64,000 nucleotides of DNA from Dendrobates tinctorius (lineage: Eukaryota). The stretch lies in NCBI RefSeq assembly GCF_039654945.1, contig NW_027361686.1:6386001-6450000 (forward strand), read 5' to 3'. A program made the position numbers and the translations under genes. Shown piece after piece: positions 14,241-24,944 of this stretch (positions are counted from its first letter, which is position 1; the number at the start of each line of letters is the position of its first letter). The notes under the pieces are model-generated. The model made no database searches and was not told the DNA's origin. It was given only the letters and a program-made list of their open reading frames with translations.

Positions 14241-16021
14241 TAACTGCAGTATCACTTATATATTGTATATACAAGAGTCAATATACATTAGACAGGTCAA
14301 ACTGCAAATGCTGTATATACTATAGGTGATACTGTGATTGCAGTGAATAGTCGCAGTATATATACACAGCAGTATCACCTATATAACATATATAGACTGC
14401 TGTACATACATACAGGTGATACAGTGATTATATACAGCAGTATCTCCTCTATATTGTACATAAAGCTGTCTATACACATTATACAAGTCCATCTGCAACT
14501 GCTGTATACATAAAAAAGCTTTCATCTTGATGAGGTGGGTCCACTGTCCAGCCAGCGTCTGAGGTGCTGAGGACTTGGAGCGGATACCAGCCGGGGATTG
14601 GTGAGAAGAGCGCAGTTCTCTGACGCTGGTACTGGCCAGCGTCAGGCAGAGTGAGGCTCAGGCGGGTGTCCTTTGCGTGCCGCGGTGGCGGCCTTTTCAA
14701 ACTTCTGCACAGGACCTGGTACGTACGCTCTCCTGTTTACCCGCACTGACCAGGGCTGGAGATGAGCGCAAGAATGAATGAGGACTATGGGGGTGCATTT
14801 TGCAATATGGAGGACTGTGGGATGCATTATACTATATTGAACACTATGGGGCGTGTAATATATTGCATGGAGGTGAAGCGAGGCTCATCCCTCGCCGTGT
14901 CCATGGCACAGCAGCAGGCACACAGCCCTGGCAGCAGCCATTAGCAGACAAATGGCAGCTGTATTGTGGATGTTGGAAAGCGGGGCTATATACTGGATAG
15001 GTGCCCAGTCAGATACAGGGGGTGATACCTAATAGAACACGCAATGGGCAGCATGCCACATACAGGGAGTTGTAGTGCTGATCAGCAGGAGAATCTCTGG
15101 GAACAGATCCCACAGACTTGGATAGAACAGCAGCAGTGCTCCATCACTGCTTATAGGCAGGAGTCCAGGACGAGGACTCCACATCTGCACTGCAGACATG
15201 ACACTGCGCTGTGCCTGGCTCACACCAATATGTGACCGTGGGAATGGATGGAGCAGAGCAGCATCTTGGACACTGAGGGGGCTATCCGCATAGCCGGGGG
15301 GCGCACTTCATGTGATGGGGTGCCCAGCTCGGGAGGGGTGAGACCCTCTTTTTGGCTGCACAAACTTCGCTGTAACCCGAGCATTAGCCAGAGAGGAGTG
15401 ACTACAGGACCTGTGATGATGTCACAGTCATGTGACTGGTCATGTGAGGGGAAGGGTGATGCGGGCTGGAGTGTGCTGTGCTGCATGAGGGAGTTGTCTT
15501 GTGATAGGTGTGAGGACGCACAGGGCAGAGCAGCCAGATTCAGCTATGGCTGGGAGCGCTAGTTCTCCCTGTATACAGCCTCTGTTGCATGGCATGTTAT
15601 CTGACTGCGGGGAGTGGCGCCGCACTGCCGCCCCCTCTCTTCAAGTTCTTGGTGCCGCCTGAGCTGATGGCTCAAATTGCCTCATGACAGATGCGGCACT
15701 GTGCCCACACAGTCTACAGCTTCTGCACCTCCTCCGCCTCTTCAGCCTCCATCTCCAAAAGTAGCACATCAGAGACAAGCTGGAAATACTGTAGCACTGC
15801 CTCATCCAAGCAGCAACAGGCTGTGCTGAAGCTAATATGCTTAGGTGACAAACCACACAATGCTGAAAGTTGTGGACAGCTCTGAAAGAGCAGTCAGATC
15901 TGTGGCTGACACCGCTGAACCTACAGCCAGGCATGGTCATGTGTGACAATGGCCGAAACCTGGTGGTTGCTCTGAGACGAGGCGAGCTCACACATGTGCC
16001 ATGACTGGCCCATGTGCTTAA

Positions 16022-16552
16022 AGGGAACCTGTCACCCCCCCAGGCATTTTTAACTAAAAGAGCCACCTTGTGCAGCACTAATGCTGCATTCTGTCAAGGT
16101 GACTCTTTTAGTTGGGGTCCCTTCCACCGCTGAAAGAATCGTTTTTATAATTTGTCATTCATTCCTCTAGTTTACCCTCAGTCTCTTCTGAGGGTAAACT
16201 AAAGGAATGAATGTGGGGCGGGATCTGGGGCTGCATGTCCATGCAGGCGTGAGAAGGAAGACATCATGTGAAATCAGTGGATGGGCAGCGCTAACTGTGC
16301 ATGCCCAAGAAACAAGATTACAGCTCAGGCGCCGGGTAAGTAACTGAACGCTGAGGAGGTGGCGCCCAGAAGAATGGAGGAAATGACTGATGGCTGAGAG
16401 GTGTCTAGAAGTATCAGTGACAAATTATAAAAACGATTCTTTCAGCAGTGGAAGGGACCCCAACTAAAAGAGTCACCTTGACAAAATGCAGCATTAGTGC
16501 TGCACAAGGTGGCTCTTTTAGTTAAAACCGCCTGGGGGGTGACAGGTTCCCT
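16022..16552. mobile_element. T2/Kolobok-type MITE
   Basis: TTAA TSD at 16018-21 and 16553-56; termini AGGGAACCTGTCACC...GGTGACAGGTTCCCT; ~135-bp inverted arms. Removing it restores LAHVLNLIV in the host hAT. Confidence 0.9.
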
Positions 16553-16779
16553 TTAACCTCATTGTTCAGCGGTTTATGAAAAGCGACACGGAGCTGCCGG
16601 ATCTGCTAGGGAAAGTACGATGCCCTGTGTACCCATTTTAGAAAGTCAGCTAGAGCTTCATCCGCTCTTGCCGTTTTTCTGCAGCGTTTGCTGCTTCTGG
16701 CTCACCGACTGGAGTGTGATGTCCCCATGCGTTGGAACTCTACACTGAAGATGTTGGAAAGGATTCGTGAGCAGAAGAG

Positions 16780-16990
16780 TTTAACAGTTTCAAACACAAC
16801 AGTCCCAAGTAACAACGTTAACAATAATTAAACCAAAATAAAAGACACTGATCGGGACAGCTTACAATCTACTCTATGTAACAACGATAACAATAATTAA
16901 ACCAAAAAAAGATCCTGCTCGTGACAACTTACAATCTACAATGAGGTGGGGGAGATATAAACTACAGGGGTGTATTTACAATGATGTATT
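16780..16990 (-). mobile_element. L2-like 3' end fragment with a short internal duplication
   Basis: gatcctgctcgtgacaacttacaatcta is the reverse complement of the L2 3' motif seen at ~2297-2325. A ~68-bp unit is duplicated. Confidence 0.45.
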
Positions 16991-17619
16991 TACAGCGATA
17001 GTACTGAGGTTAGTGGAAAGTTGTGGAGGCCTGAGGACAAGAAGGAGGAGGAGAGCATGGTCAGTCATCCTCTTGGTGATGACACGGAAGTATTAACTGT
17101 TAGGTGTTAGCACCCTTGCACACATGGCTGAGTTTATGTTACGCTGCATTTCCCATCACCCTTGCGTTCTTAAAATTTTGGGTGACTGGCAATACTGATT
17201 GGTGATACTTCTAGACCCACGCTACAAGGAGAACTTTATATCTCTTATTCCAGAGGCAGACAGGTGTACTAAAATGTTGGAGGACCAGAGAGTCCTTCTT
17301 GTGAAATTATTAAAAAAATTCTCATCTGAAAATGCTGGCAGTAGAGGTCACAGACACAGTTCATTGGCAAAGCAAGGAGTACAGGTGAGTGAGACACAAC
17401 TCCAAACCAGCAGGGGCAATGGAACACTGGCAAAGTTCTGAGAAAGCTTTCTCAGACCCTCCTATCGCTCTGACCGTGAGGCGCGAGTGACTCTCACTAG
17501 GAGTGCAAAGTTTGGGAAGATGCTGAGGGAGTACCTTGCTGACCATACCAACATCCTCTGTCATTCCTCCATGCCTTATAATTATTGTTTGCAAAGCTTA
17601 ACACGTGGCATGAACTGTT

Positions 17620-18164
17620 TCTCTCTACTGCACACGTGTGCTGTACTCAAGGTCATGGAGTGCACAATGCCTCACTCTCTGGTGGTTACTGGGCACATGG
17701 CACTTCGCTCTCTGGCAGTACCGCTTTTAGTGGCGGGAGCCAACAGGAACAGTAATTTGTGGCGCCAGTGATCTAAGGACGGAGCACGCTGCTCAGCCTC
17801 CTATGCGCTGCTTGTCCACACAAAAAATCTCTGCTGTTGTGCCTGCTTTTTCTTAAGCTAGCCTCCTTGCCTCTAGGTCACTGGGTCTGTCTGCTGCAGT
17901 TCGTCGCAGCGCCGGCACTTCGGGAGCGTAGTGCACTGCCCCCCTTGCTGCTCACACGCTGACCGCTAGGGACTCACCCCTGCTTTGAGTGTTTTTTACC
18001 TCATGTTCCGGCCAGGTTCCCTGTCTAAACAAGCCCCCTCTTCCTGGCTAATGGAGCCTGTCCGTTTCCCTATTCCTTCCCCTGGGAAACAGGGGACACA
18101 GCCTTGACAGTTCCGGACCCGGCGCAGCACAGGTACCGCAGCCCGGTCATCCTAAGTCCATACA
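17620..18164 (-). mobile_element. Possible LTR fragment that truncates the piwil1 retrocopy
   Basis: A GC-richer non-coding block that begins TGT on the minus strand exactly where piwil1 homology stops. No matching TSD was found. Confidence 0.35.
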
Positions 18165-19087
18165 TATCTGGACAATCAGTTCGTTAATGCAAGCATCATA
18201 GAAGGCATGTTCTAATTTTCAAGAGCAAATTGTACATTACATCCAGAACAGTTTCACTATGAAGGATTTTTTGACTCATATAAATCCACAAGATGACACT
18301 AGTCTCATACTTCAAAATTTTGGTGATAAAACATTTCCCCACAGATAGGTTGTGTATGTTCTGACTTCTGTAACATTATTTGGGTGATAATTATTCATAC
18401 CTATTTGCTTCTCAATACATTCATCTTCTTCAAGGCTTAGGAATATAATGTAAAGGTGAAAGCAAGTTGGTGAAGTGTGTGTTAACTCAAATCTGAAAGT
18501 AATTGTCATTTTTACTATTTCTCCATTGCGTGTGTGGCTAGCCACCTCATTGATCTTATTTTGTTTCTTTGTCAAGAAAACAACAGCTCCATCAATACCA
18601 CATGCTTTTCCTATTAATTCATCATGCTGGTAAAGTAGAGGTGAGGTTAGGGATCTACATAACATCTGTGGACTGTAGTCAACATGACACTGTGAGAAGA
18701 CCCACTGGGGTCTAGCTACCAATTTGACATAGTTTGTGCACAGCTGAACAGAGTTGCGAAAAAAAAAAAAGATTTTTATTCAATAACATGTTGGATGGAT
18801 TGTCTAGTGGAAACATCCATATAGTGGAAACATCCATATAGTAGAAGTCACATCTACAACTACTACGTTCTCCAATTGACACCTCTTGAAATCCAGCAGA
18901 AATGTCAAAATCTCTAGCTTCTGTTCTAGAAACTGCAAGGGCTGCTTTTTGACGTCCTCGTCCAACAAGTTCAGTTTTATTAGGTGTTGGATTGTCAGAG
19001 TCCGGCCCAGGAACAACAAGGCTTCATCAGTTGAGAGTCCTGGTCCCGTGCTCTTCCACGTGCTCTTGCTCTGGCTCTTCCAGTTAT
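18165..19087 (-). pseudogene. piwil1: piwil1 processed pseudogene (retrocopy), N-terminal ~280-300 codons
   Basis: The minus strand reads ITGRARARARGRARDQD (PIWIL1 starts MTGRARARARGRARGQE), then ELVGRGRQK...DISAGFQEVSIGER..RCDFYYMDVSTRQSIQHV, TNYVKLVARPQWV..CHVDYSPQM, LLYQHDELIGK, TRNGEIVKMTIT..ELTHTSPTCF, QIGMNNYHPN, ILKYETSVILW..SQKILHSETVLDVM and ELIVQI. These blocks are colinear with no introns. Lesions include ATG>ATA, several frameshifts, a 17-bp duplication and an in-frame stop. Confidence 0.93.
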
Positions 19088-19279
19088 GATTTAGTCGAGG
19101 AGATTTCGCCTTCATAATCCAGAGACAGAGTACAACACCGACCAATCATTCACGCTCTGCTCCACATACTTTCTATCTGTGTAGTGACTGCCTCTAGGCA
19201 GAAGATGATGATGGTGGTAGTAGTTGTTGCATTTAAGACACAGTCATGAAGCAGCCATAACAACTTCAAACGGAAGTAT

Positions 19280-20080
19280 TTTTACCGAGACACCATACTG
19301 TTCAATATGTGGCCTGTATTTTTATTTTTTCCCCAAAAATAGTGTATAGACTTAAGGTAACAGACAACAAATACAGTGGAATGCAGGCCTTAAATGCCAC
19401 AATTTGTAGCCCCCAGATAGTTCAGGCGTCTGACTGCGATACCAGACTGTTCAATATGTGGCCTGTATTTTTTTTATTTTTTCCCCCAAAATAACATATA
19501 GACCTAGGGTAACAGACAGCAAAAAAAGGTGAATGGAAGCCTCAAATTAAATAATTTGTAGCCCAAAGATACATGAGGCATGTCGGAGATACCACACAGT
19601 AAAATATGTGGCTGTGTTTTTATTTTGTCCCCAAAAATAGTGTATAGAAATAGGGTCACAGACAGCAAATACAGTGGAATGAAGCCCTGAAGTACCACAA
19701 TTTGTAGGAAACAGTTACATCTGGCGTTTGACTGAGATACCAGACTCTTCAATATGTGGCCTGTATTTTTTAAACTTTGAACCCCAAAATAGTGTATAGA
19801 AATAGGGTCAAAGACAGCAAATACAGTGGAATATAGCCCTGAAATGCCACAAATTGTAGGTCACAGATACATCTGGTGTTTGACTGAGATACCAGATTGT
19901 TCAATATGTGGCCTGTATTTTTAAAATTTGTACCCCACAAAATAGAGTATAGAAATAAGGTCACACACAGAAAATATAGTAGAATGTAGCCCTGAAATGC
20001 CACAATTTGTAGGCCACAGATACATTTAGCATTTGAAGGAGATACCAGACTGTTCAATAAGTGCCCTGTATTTTTAAAAA
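19280..20080. repeat. ~150-bp tandem repeat, ~5 units
   Basis: gataccagactgttcaatatgtggcctgtatttt recurs at ~19287, 19438, 19588, 19736, 19888 and 20041. It resembles internal arrays of hAT elements. Confidence 0.85.
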
Positions 20081-21056
20081 GTATTGCTTAGGCATTTTTT
20101 TTATTTTTTTTAAGTCCCAGTTATTTCCTTTAATGTAATATATCTAATGTATTAGTGATAACATGTTTGCCAAAAGAAAGTGTCTCTACAATGCCATACT
20201 GTACAATAGTTTGCCAGTGAAATTGTGTTTACTCGATTAACAGGGATGTTACTGTCACAGCTTTTAAACTACAAGCAGAATAATTTTAAATGTTCTATAA
20301 AATGTTTCCTATACATAATGGAGAATGAACATTTCCAGACAATTCCATTATAGACATAGAACAGGCACAGCGTTATCTAGGATCAAATACAAAGATGCTG
20401 AAAGCTTTTTTGGAAAATATTCTAATTAACAGAAATATCTATTAACCACAAAACCCTCACTTAGGCATCTAGAAAGACTGTATTTTTTCATTACACTTTT
20501 CTCCAATAAACTGGTCAGCAGAAAAGCTTATTGACCATTAATAATGTACAAATGTAAATTTAGCTAAATCATTTCCAAATAAGCTACAGGAGAAATTATA
20601 GTGCTGCACTATACGAAGTACATTGCATACACTAAATGTTGACTTCATTAGAGACACTCATCTAGTACGACATTGCACCTCTTTTGGCCTTAAGGATTGA
20701 AGTAATTTGTCATGCCATAGATTTTATAAGGTACTGAAATCTTTCTGCAGAATTATTGGCCTATGTTAACAGGAAAGCTTCTTGCAATTACCAAAAATTA
20801 GATAAAGGTGCTGACATGTTGTAACTAACCTACCTCTCCTCATAAGATTAAGATCTAAGGACAGTAATAATATTCCCCATCCCATTACTCCACATCCACC
20901 ATTCTACACTGTTAACATCTTGCAGGAAGGTCAATATGTTGATGTTGCTTGCACCAAAACTATGCAATAGATATACAGTATGGATTTTTCTGAGAAGTAA
21001 TTTTTTCCTCTACTCAGTGATCCAACATTTACACTCCTTGGACCACTGGATCCTTG

Positions 21057-21914
21057 TATTAAATGCCTGGATTCTCCCGCTGCAAAGGATAGATCCCAAG
21101 CCTTGTCTCATATTCAGGCTCAGCCGCTGGGATAGCTGCTCAGCACAGACTTCTGTCTCAATGCCTTGTCCAGGTTTGTGCTGCATGTAGAGTTACTGTT
21201 GGCTTTACAGCTAAGCCTATGGTGACTAGTGGTTTACACGTGCAGCGTTGCGCTCTGGAGTCTAAATACAGATTTCACCCTACTGAACATGTCCGGGATG
21301 TGCCGCCTTCTCATTGGTGCTCGAACGACAGCTGCTCTGGTGATATGGCAGCTTCAGATTGGTCCACAGGCAAGGTCCTGTCTGTCTGGACATGAGCTTT
21401 GTGTATAAAAGGTCCTCAGGAGTATCATGTGTGTTTGGTGTATATGTTACCACCCTGTGTGCACATGTGCCGCTATTAGCACTGCAAGTGTTTGTCTAGA
21501 CACGCAGTGCAGGGTGGGAACTCCTGGTTGAACTTAGCATCTGCATCGGGCTTCCTCAGGCATGTGTGCTAAAGCACACCGTGTGTCAGAGCAGGGTCAA
21601 CCACCAGCTTAGTCTTCCCTGGGAAGTTAAGTTATAGGGACCCCAATTATTATTTTTCTATATGCCTGTGCAGTCTAACAGGGTATTGTCCTTTGTGCAT
21701 TGTTTCATAGTACCGCTCTGTGGTGTAACAGAGCTTGTCACTTTGCACTCTGTGCACACTGAGTGACATTTATCTCAGTGTGCTTAAAGTTTTTTCTCGC
21801 AGCCTTGCTCCGCCATTGTGCTAGCTGCAATTTCTCCATCACCGCACGGTGGACCCTGGTTGCGAACGCACCTTATTATTATTTCTTATTTGGTACATTC
21901 CGCCAACCCTAACA
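21057..21914. mobile_element. Solo LTR related to 32022-32871
   Basis: Shared 3' end cacggtggaccc..gcgaacgcac..tattatt..cattcc..ccctaaca; near-TSD ccttg/ccgtg. Confidence 0.55.
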
Positions 21915-22499
21915 CCGTGTCTTTCTTTTCCCTCAGTTACTAATGGGACATGAAGTGATCATCTGCTGTTGTAGTCCTTCCATGGTAGAGAACAACATGA
22001 TGGATTTTTATGTTGTAGTATCAGCATTGTAATTGGCTGCAACTTGCTTTACTATGTATTGCTTGAACATCAGAATGATTTCTGACATCCTCATCTGATT
22101 CCTTTCTTCAATAAGTGGCATATGCACAAAGTATTCTCTTTTGTTTTATATGGCTCCTGAAGCAAGGTGTTCTCTTGACACATTGCTTGGAAAAAACCCT
22201 GAAGGTTAGCAATTGTCAAAACAATGGTCCCAGATAGCCTATGGCTAGGTTCACATTTACGGTTGAGCCCACAGCGTATCATCCGCAACCACAAACGCAT
22301 TAAAAAATGCATGGAAATGCATGCTAATGCAGCGTTTTTTAAACGCATCAGCTTACTCAAGACGTAAAAAAGCGCTGCGTTTGTATGCATTTGCAGGCGT
22401 TTTTGCATGCGTTTGCTGTTTTTATGCGCATGCGTTCCATAGGGAAAAAAATTTCCAGGAGATTTTCCTTGACACAAGCCATGCCCAATGGGCTTGTCT

Positions 22500-23536
22500 C
22501 ATGGGATTTCTGTATATAGACCCTTGTACAGATGAAATCCTCAGATTTTGCTCCTGTATCCTGCGTCAAGATCGAGCTTCACATGGAGAGTTTCTATCGG
22601 AATCTGCATTTGTATATCAACTGAATTTTTTTTTCTTTCTCTGGTCAGCAGATTTCTGGCTACCGTAGAGAGCCTATCATTGCTCCATTTCCAGTTCTGG
22701 ATTGCTGTTTCCACCCTTTCTGAGATTGTTGCAGACACCTGCCGGGCTTTGTTGGACATGCTGCATGAGGAATTTATCCCCCTACCCACCACGGAAATCT
22801 GGCAGGAAACAGCAGAAGAATTCTTGGAACTTTATGTTTTCCATCCACTGCTCCCAAACAGTAGGGGAAATTACATTCGGATTACGAAACCTGCTAGAAC
22901 GGGATCTGAGTACTTTAATTATATAAAAAATATTTTTCTATAGTGCTCATTGCCATTGCAGCTGCGGACTGTAGGTTTGTCATCATGGACATTGGATCTT
23001 TTGGCCATCGTAATGACTCCCACACATTTAAAACTCGGACATGGGCCAACGGTTGTATGGGAATAATTTTGATTTCCCCCTGCCACAACCTCTTCCCAAC
23101 ACTGAAGGGCCGCCAATGCCATTTGTTGTGGTTGGGGATGCAGCCTTTCAGATCTGTGGAAGCCTACTGAAACCATACTCCAGTCGGGACTTGAACCACA
23201 CCAAAAGAATTTTTAATTACCGACTGATCAGGGCACGAAGAACTGTTGTGTGCCTTTGGTGTGCTTGTCTCAAAGTGGCGCATTTTAGGGACAACAATTA
23301 ATCTCAAAATTGAGACAGTCGATGAGGTGGTCAAGGCGTGTGTGGTTCTCCACAACTACATAATGGCTAAAGAGAGACCAAACTTCGAACTTGATGAACC
23401 TGTTTGTAACCTGTTGTCAGATTACCATCATCACCCTATGAGGACAACAAGGGAAGTTGCCCAAATAAGGGATACACTTGCAGCCTATTTCGTTTCTGAT
23501 ATTGGAAGTGTGGCATGGCAAGATGAAATGGTTTAG
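22500..23536 (+). pseudogene. Harbinger/HARBI1-like DDE transposase, frameshifted
   Basis: RFLAT.ES..LHFQF, GSEYFNY, SIVLIAIAAADCRF..DIGSFG..NDS, FVVVGDAAF, IFNYRLIRARR.V.CAFG.LVSKWRIL, ACVVLHNY. Confidence 0.9.
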
Positions 23537-23670
23537 TAAAACATTCTTGTAACTTTATGTAATGTTATGGACCTGGAATGTTAAAATGTACCTTTAATGT
23601 TTGCTGACAATAAAAACCTCTAGTGAAACACCTGTTCACTATTTGTTTCATGCAGATTGGGTTATGTATG

Positions 23671-24183
23671 AAAAAAATATAAATCAACAGCCGCGGAGAC
23701 ACCATCACATGTTTCTCAACGCAAGCAATGACTAGCCAGGTCTTTCACCGGGAAGGAACAACCACGGGAAGGGCAGTCTCCAATGAAGGAAACCACCTAT
23801 GCCAAAACATGGTATCCATCCACAGACAGCTGTTTCGGGGTATTGCTCCTCATCAGTGTGGAGTAGGAAACTGGCTAGTAGGAGCAATGCCTAGTAAAGA
23901 CTGTGAAAAATGAGGATGAATGACCTCATGGAGATCAACATCCAACACTGCGGAGACACCATCACATGTTTCTCAACGCAGTGATGCTAGAGCAATGCCC
24001 CCATCCCTTATGGGAAATATGCAAAAACATGTAAATCAACAGCCACGGAGATACCATCACATGTTTCTCAACGCAAGCAATGACTAGCCAGGTCTTTCAC
24101 CGGGAAGGAACAACCACGGGAAGGGCAGTCTCCAATGAAGGAAACCACCTATGCCAAAACATGGTATCCATCCACAGACAGCT
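23671..24183 (-). mobile_element. Retrozyme/satellite-2-like insertion: ~1.45 tandem copies of a 352-nt unit, 16-bp TSD
   Basis: Perfect TSD GATTGGGTTATGTATG at 23655-23670 and 24184-24199; period 352 (23681/24033); contains a hammerhead core; no credible ORF. Confidence 0.8.
23819..23862 (-). ncRNA. Type I hammerhead ribozyme
   Basis: Minus strand TCCACA-CTGATGA-GGAGCAATACCCC-GAAA-C-AGCT-G-TC^TGTGGA. Stem I is TCCACA/TGTGGA, the CUGAUGA and GAAA core is complete, stem II has one A-C mismatch, the minimal stem III has a palindromic AGCT loop, and the cleavage triplet is GUC. Confidence 0.85.
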
Positions 24184-24944
24184 GATTGGGTTATGTATGT
24201 CACCCATGCTTTACACTACACCTGTTCTCTCTGTCAGTGCTATGGTAGGTGACTTCTCATTACCTCCATCGTCTCTTCAGTCTGCATAACCTATTGTCCA
24301 GAAAACCCAGCATCCTGAGTGCACTAGTGCTGACACCTAGGCAGGTAAGCATTGCTGACCCCTGACCCTTTGTTCTGTATTAATTAATTTTTTTGAGGAT
24401 TTTCAGTCCTCTTTGTGTTTTTGACACCTCATAGCTCCATGACAGACACAAGAAGCAAAGCTACAGTGTTAATCAAAGAAAGAAAAGGGAGGAGCAGATT
24501 GTGTGTCATGGAGCTATGAGGTGGCAAATGCACAATGTGTGTAGACGGCGATGTGTGTGTTGCCGACGACGAACGAGACAAAGAACAAGCAGTGATAGGG
24601 GAAAAACAATACAATTTTATTTAAAAAAAAAATTACTTTTTACAAAATAATGAGGGGGAAATGTTATGGACCTGGGGGGTGTGGAAATGGGAGGATTGAC
24701 TAGGGGTAGACAATGAAGGGGTTCTTGGGGAAGGGCCAACAAAATATGTGGGGTCTGGGAGGTCAAGGATGGAAGTAGACACATTAGGAGTGGAAGCATG
24801 GGACAGAAAAGACATATTGGAAGGGATAGACAAATTGGACAACACAGACACATTGGGAGGTGAGGGTGATGGAGGTAGCATGATAGTTCTTTTTTCACGT
24901 CTCGCTTCCCGTCTCTTGTTTTTGTGTTTTCCATGAGTTAGTTA

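Larger units (their letters stand above)
15700..17625 (+). pseudogene. Decayed hAT (ZBED-like) transposase, interrupted by a MITE and an L2 fragment
   Basis: Motifs KQQQAVLKLICLGDKPHNAE, MVMCDNGRNLV, THVP*LAHVL|NLIVQRF, DVPMRWNSTL, LDPRYKE and TWHEL are colinear with the intact hAT at 45366-49465. Stops and frameshifts are present. Confidence 0.85.

Noticed and set aside
14500-15690. GC-richer blocks with short ORFs as a captured gene fragment
   Set aside because: No frame gave a protein I recognise. The blocks are mixed with minisatellite units and DNA-element ends; a BLASTX search would be needed.
18312-18722. 136-aa ORF as an exon of a functional PIWI gene
   Set aside because: It is part of an intronless copy with a lost start codon, frameshifts and a stop, and it lacks the PAZ/MID/PIWI domains.
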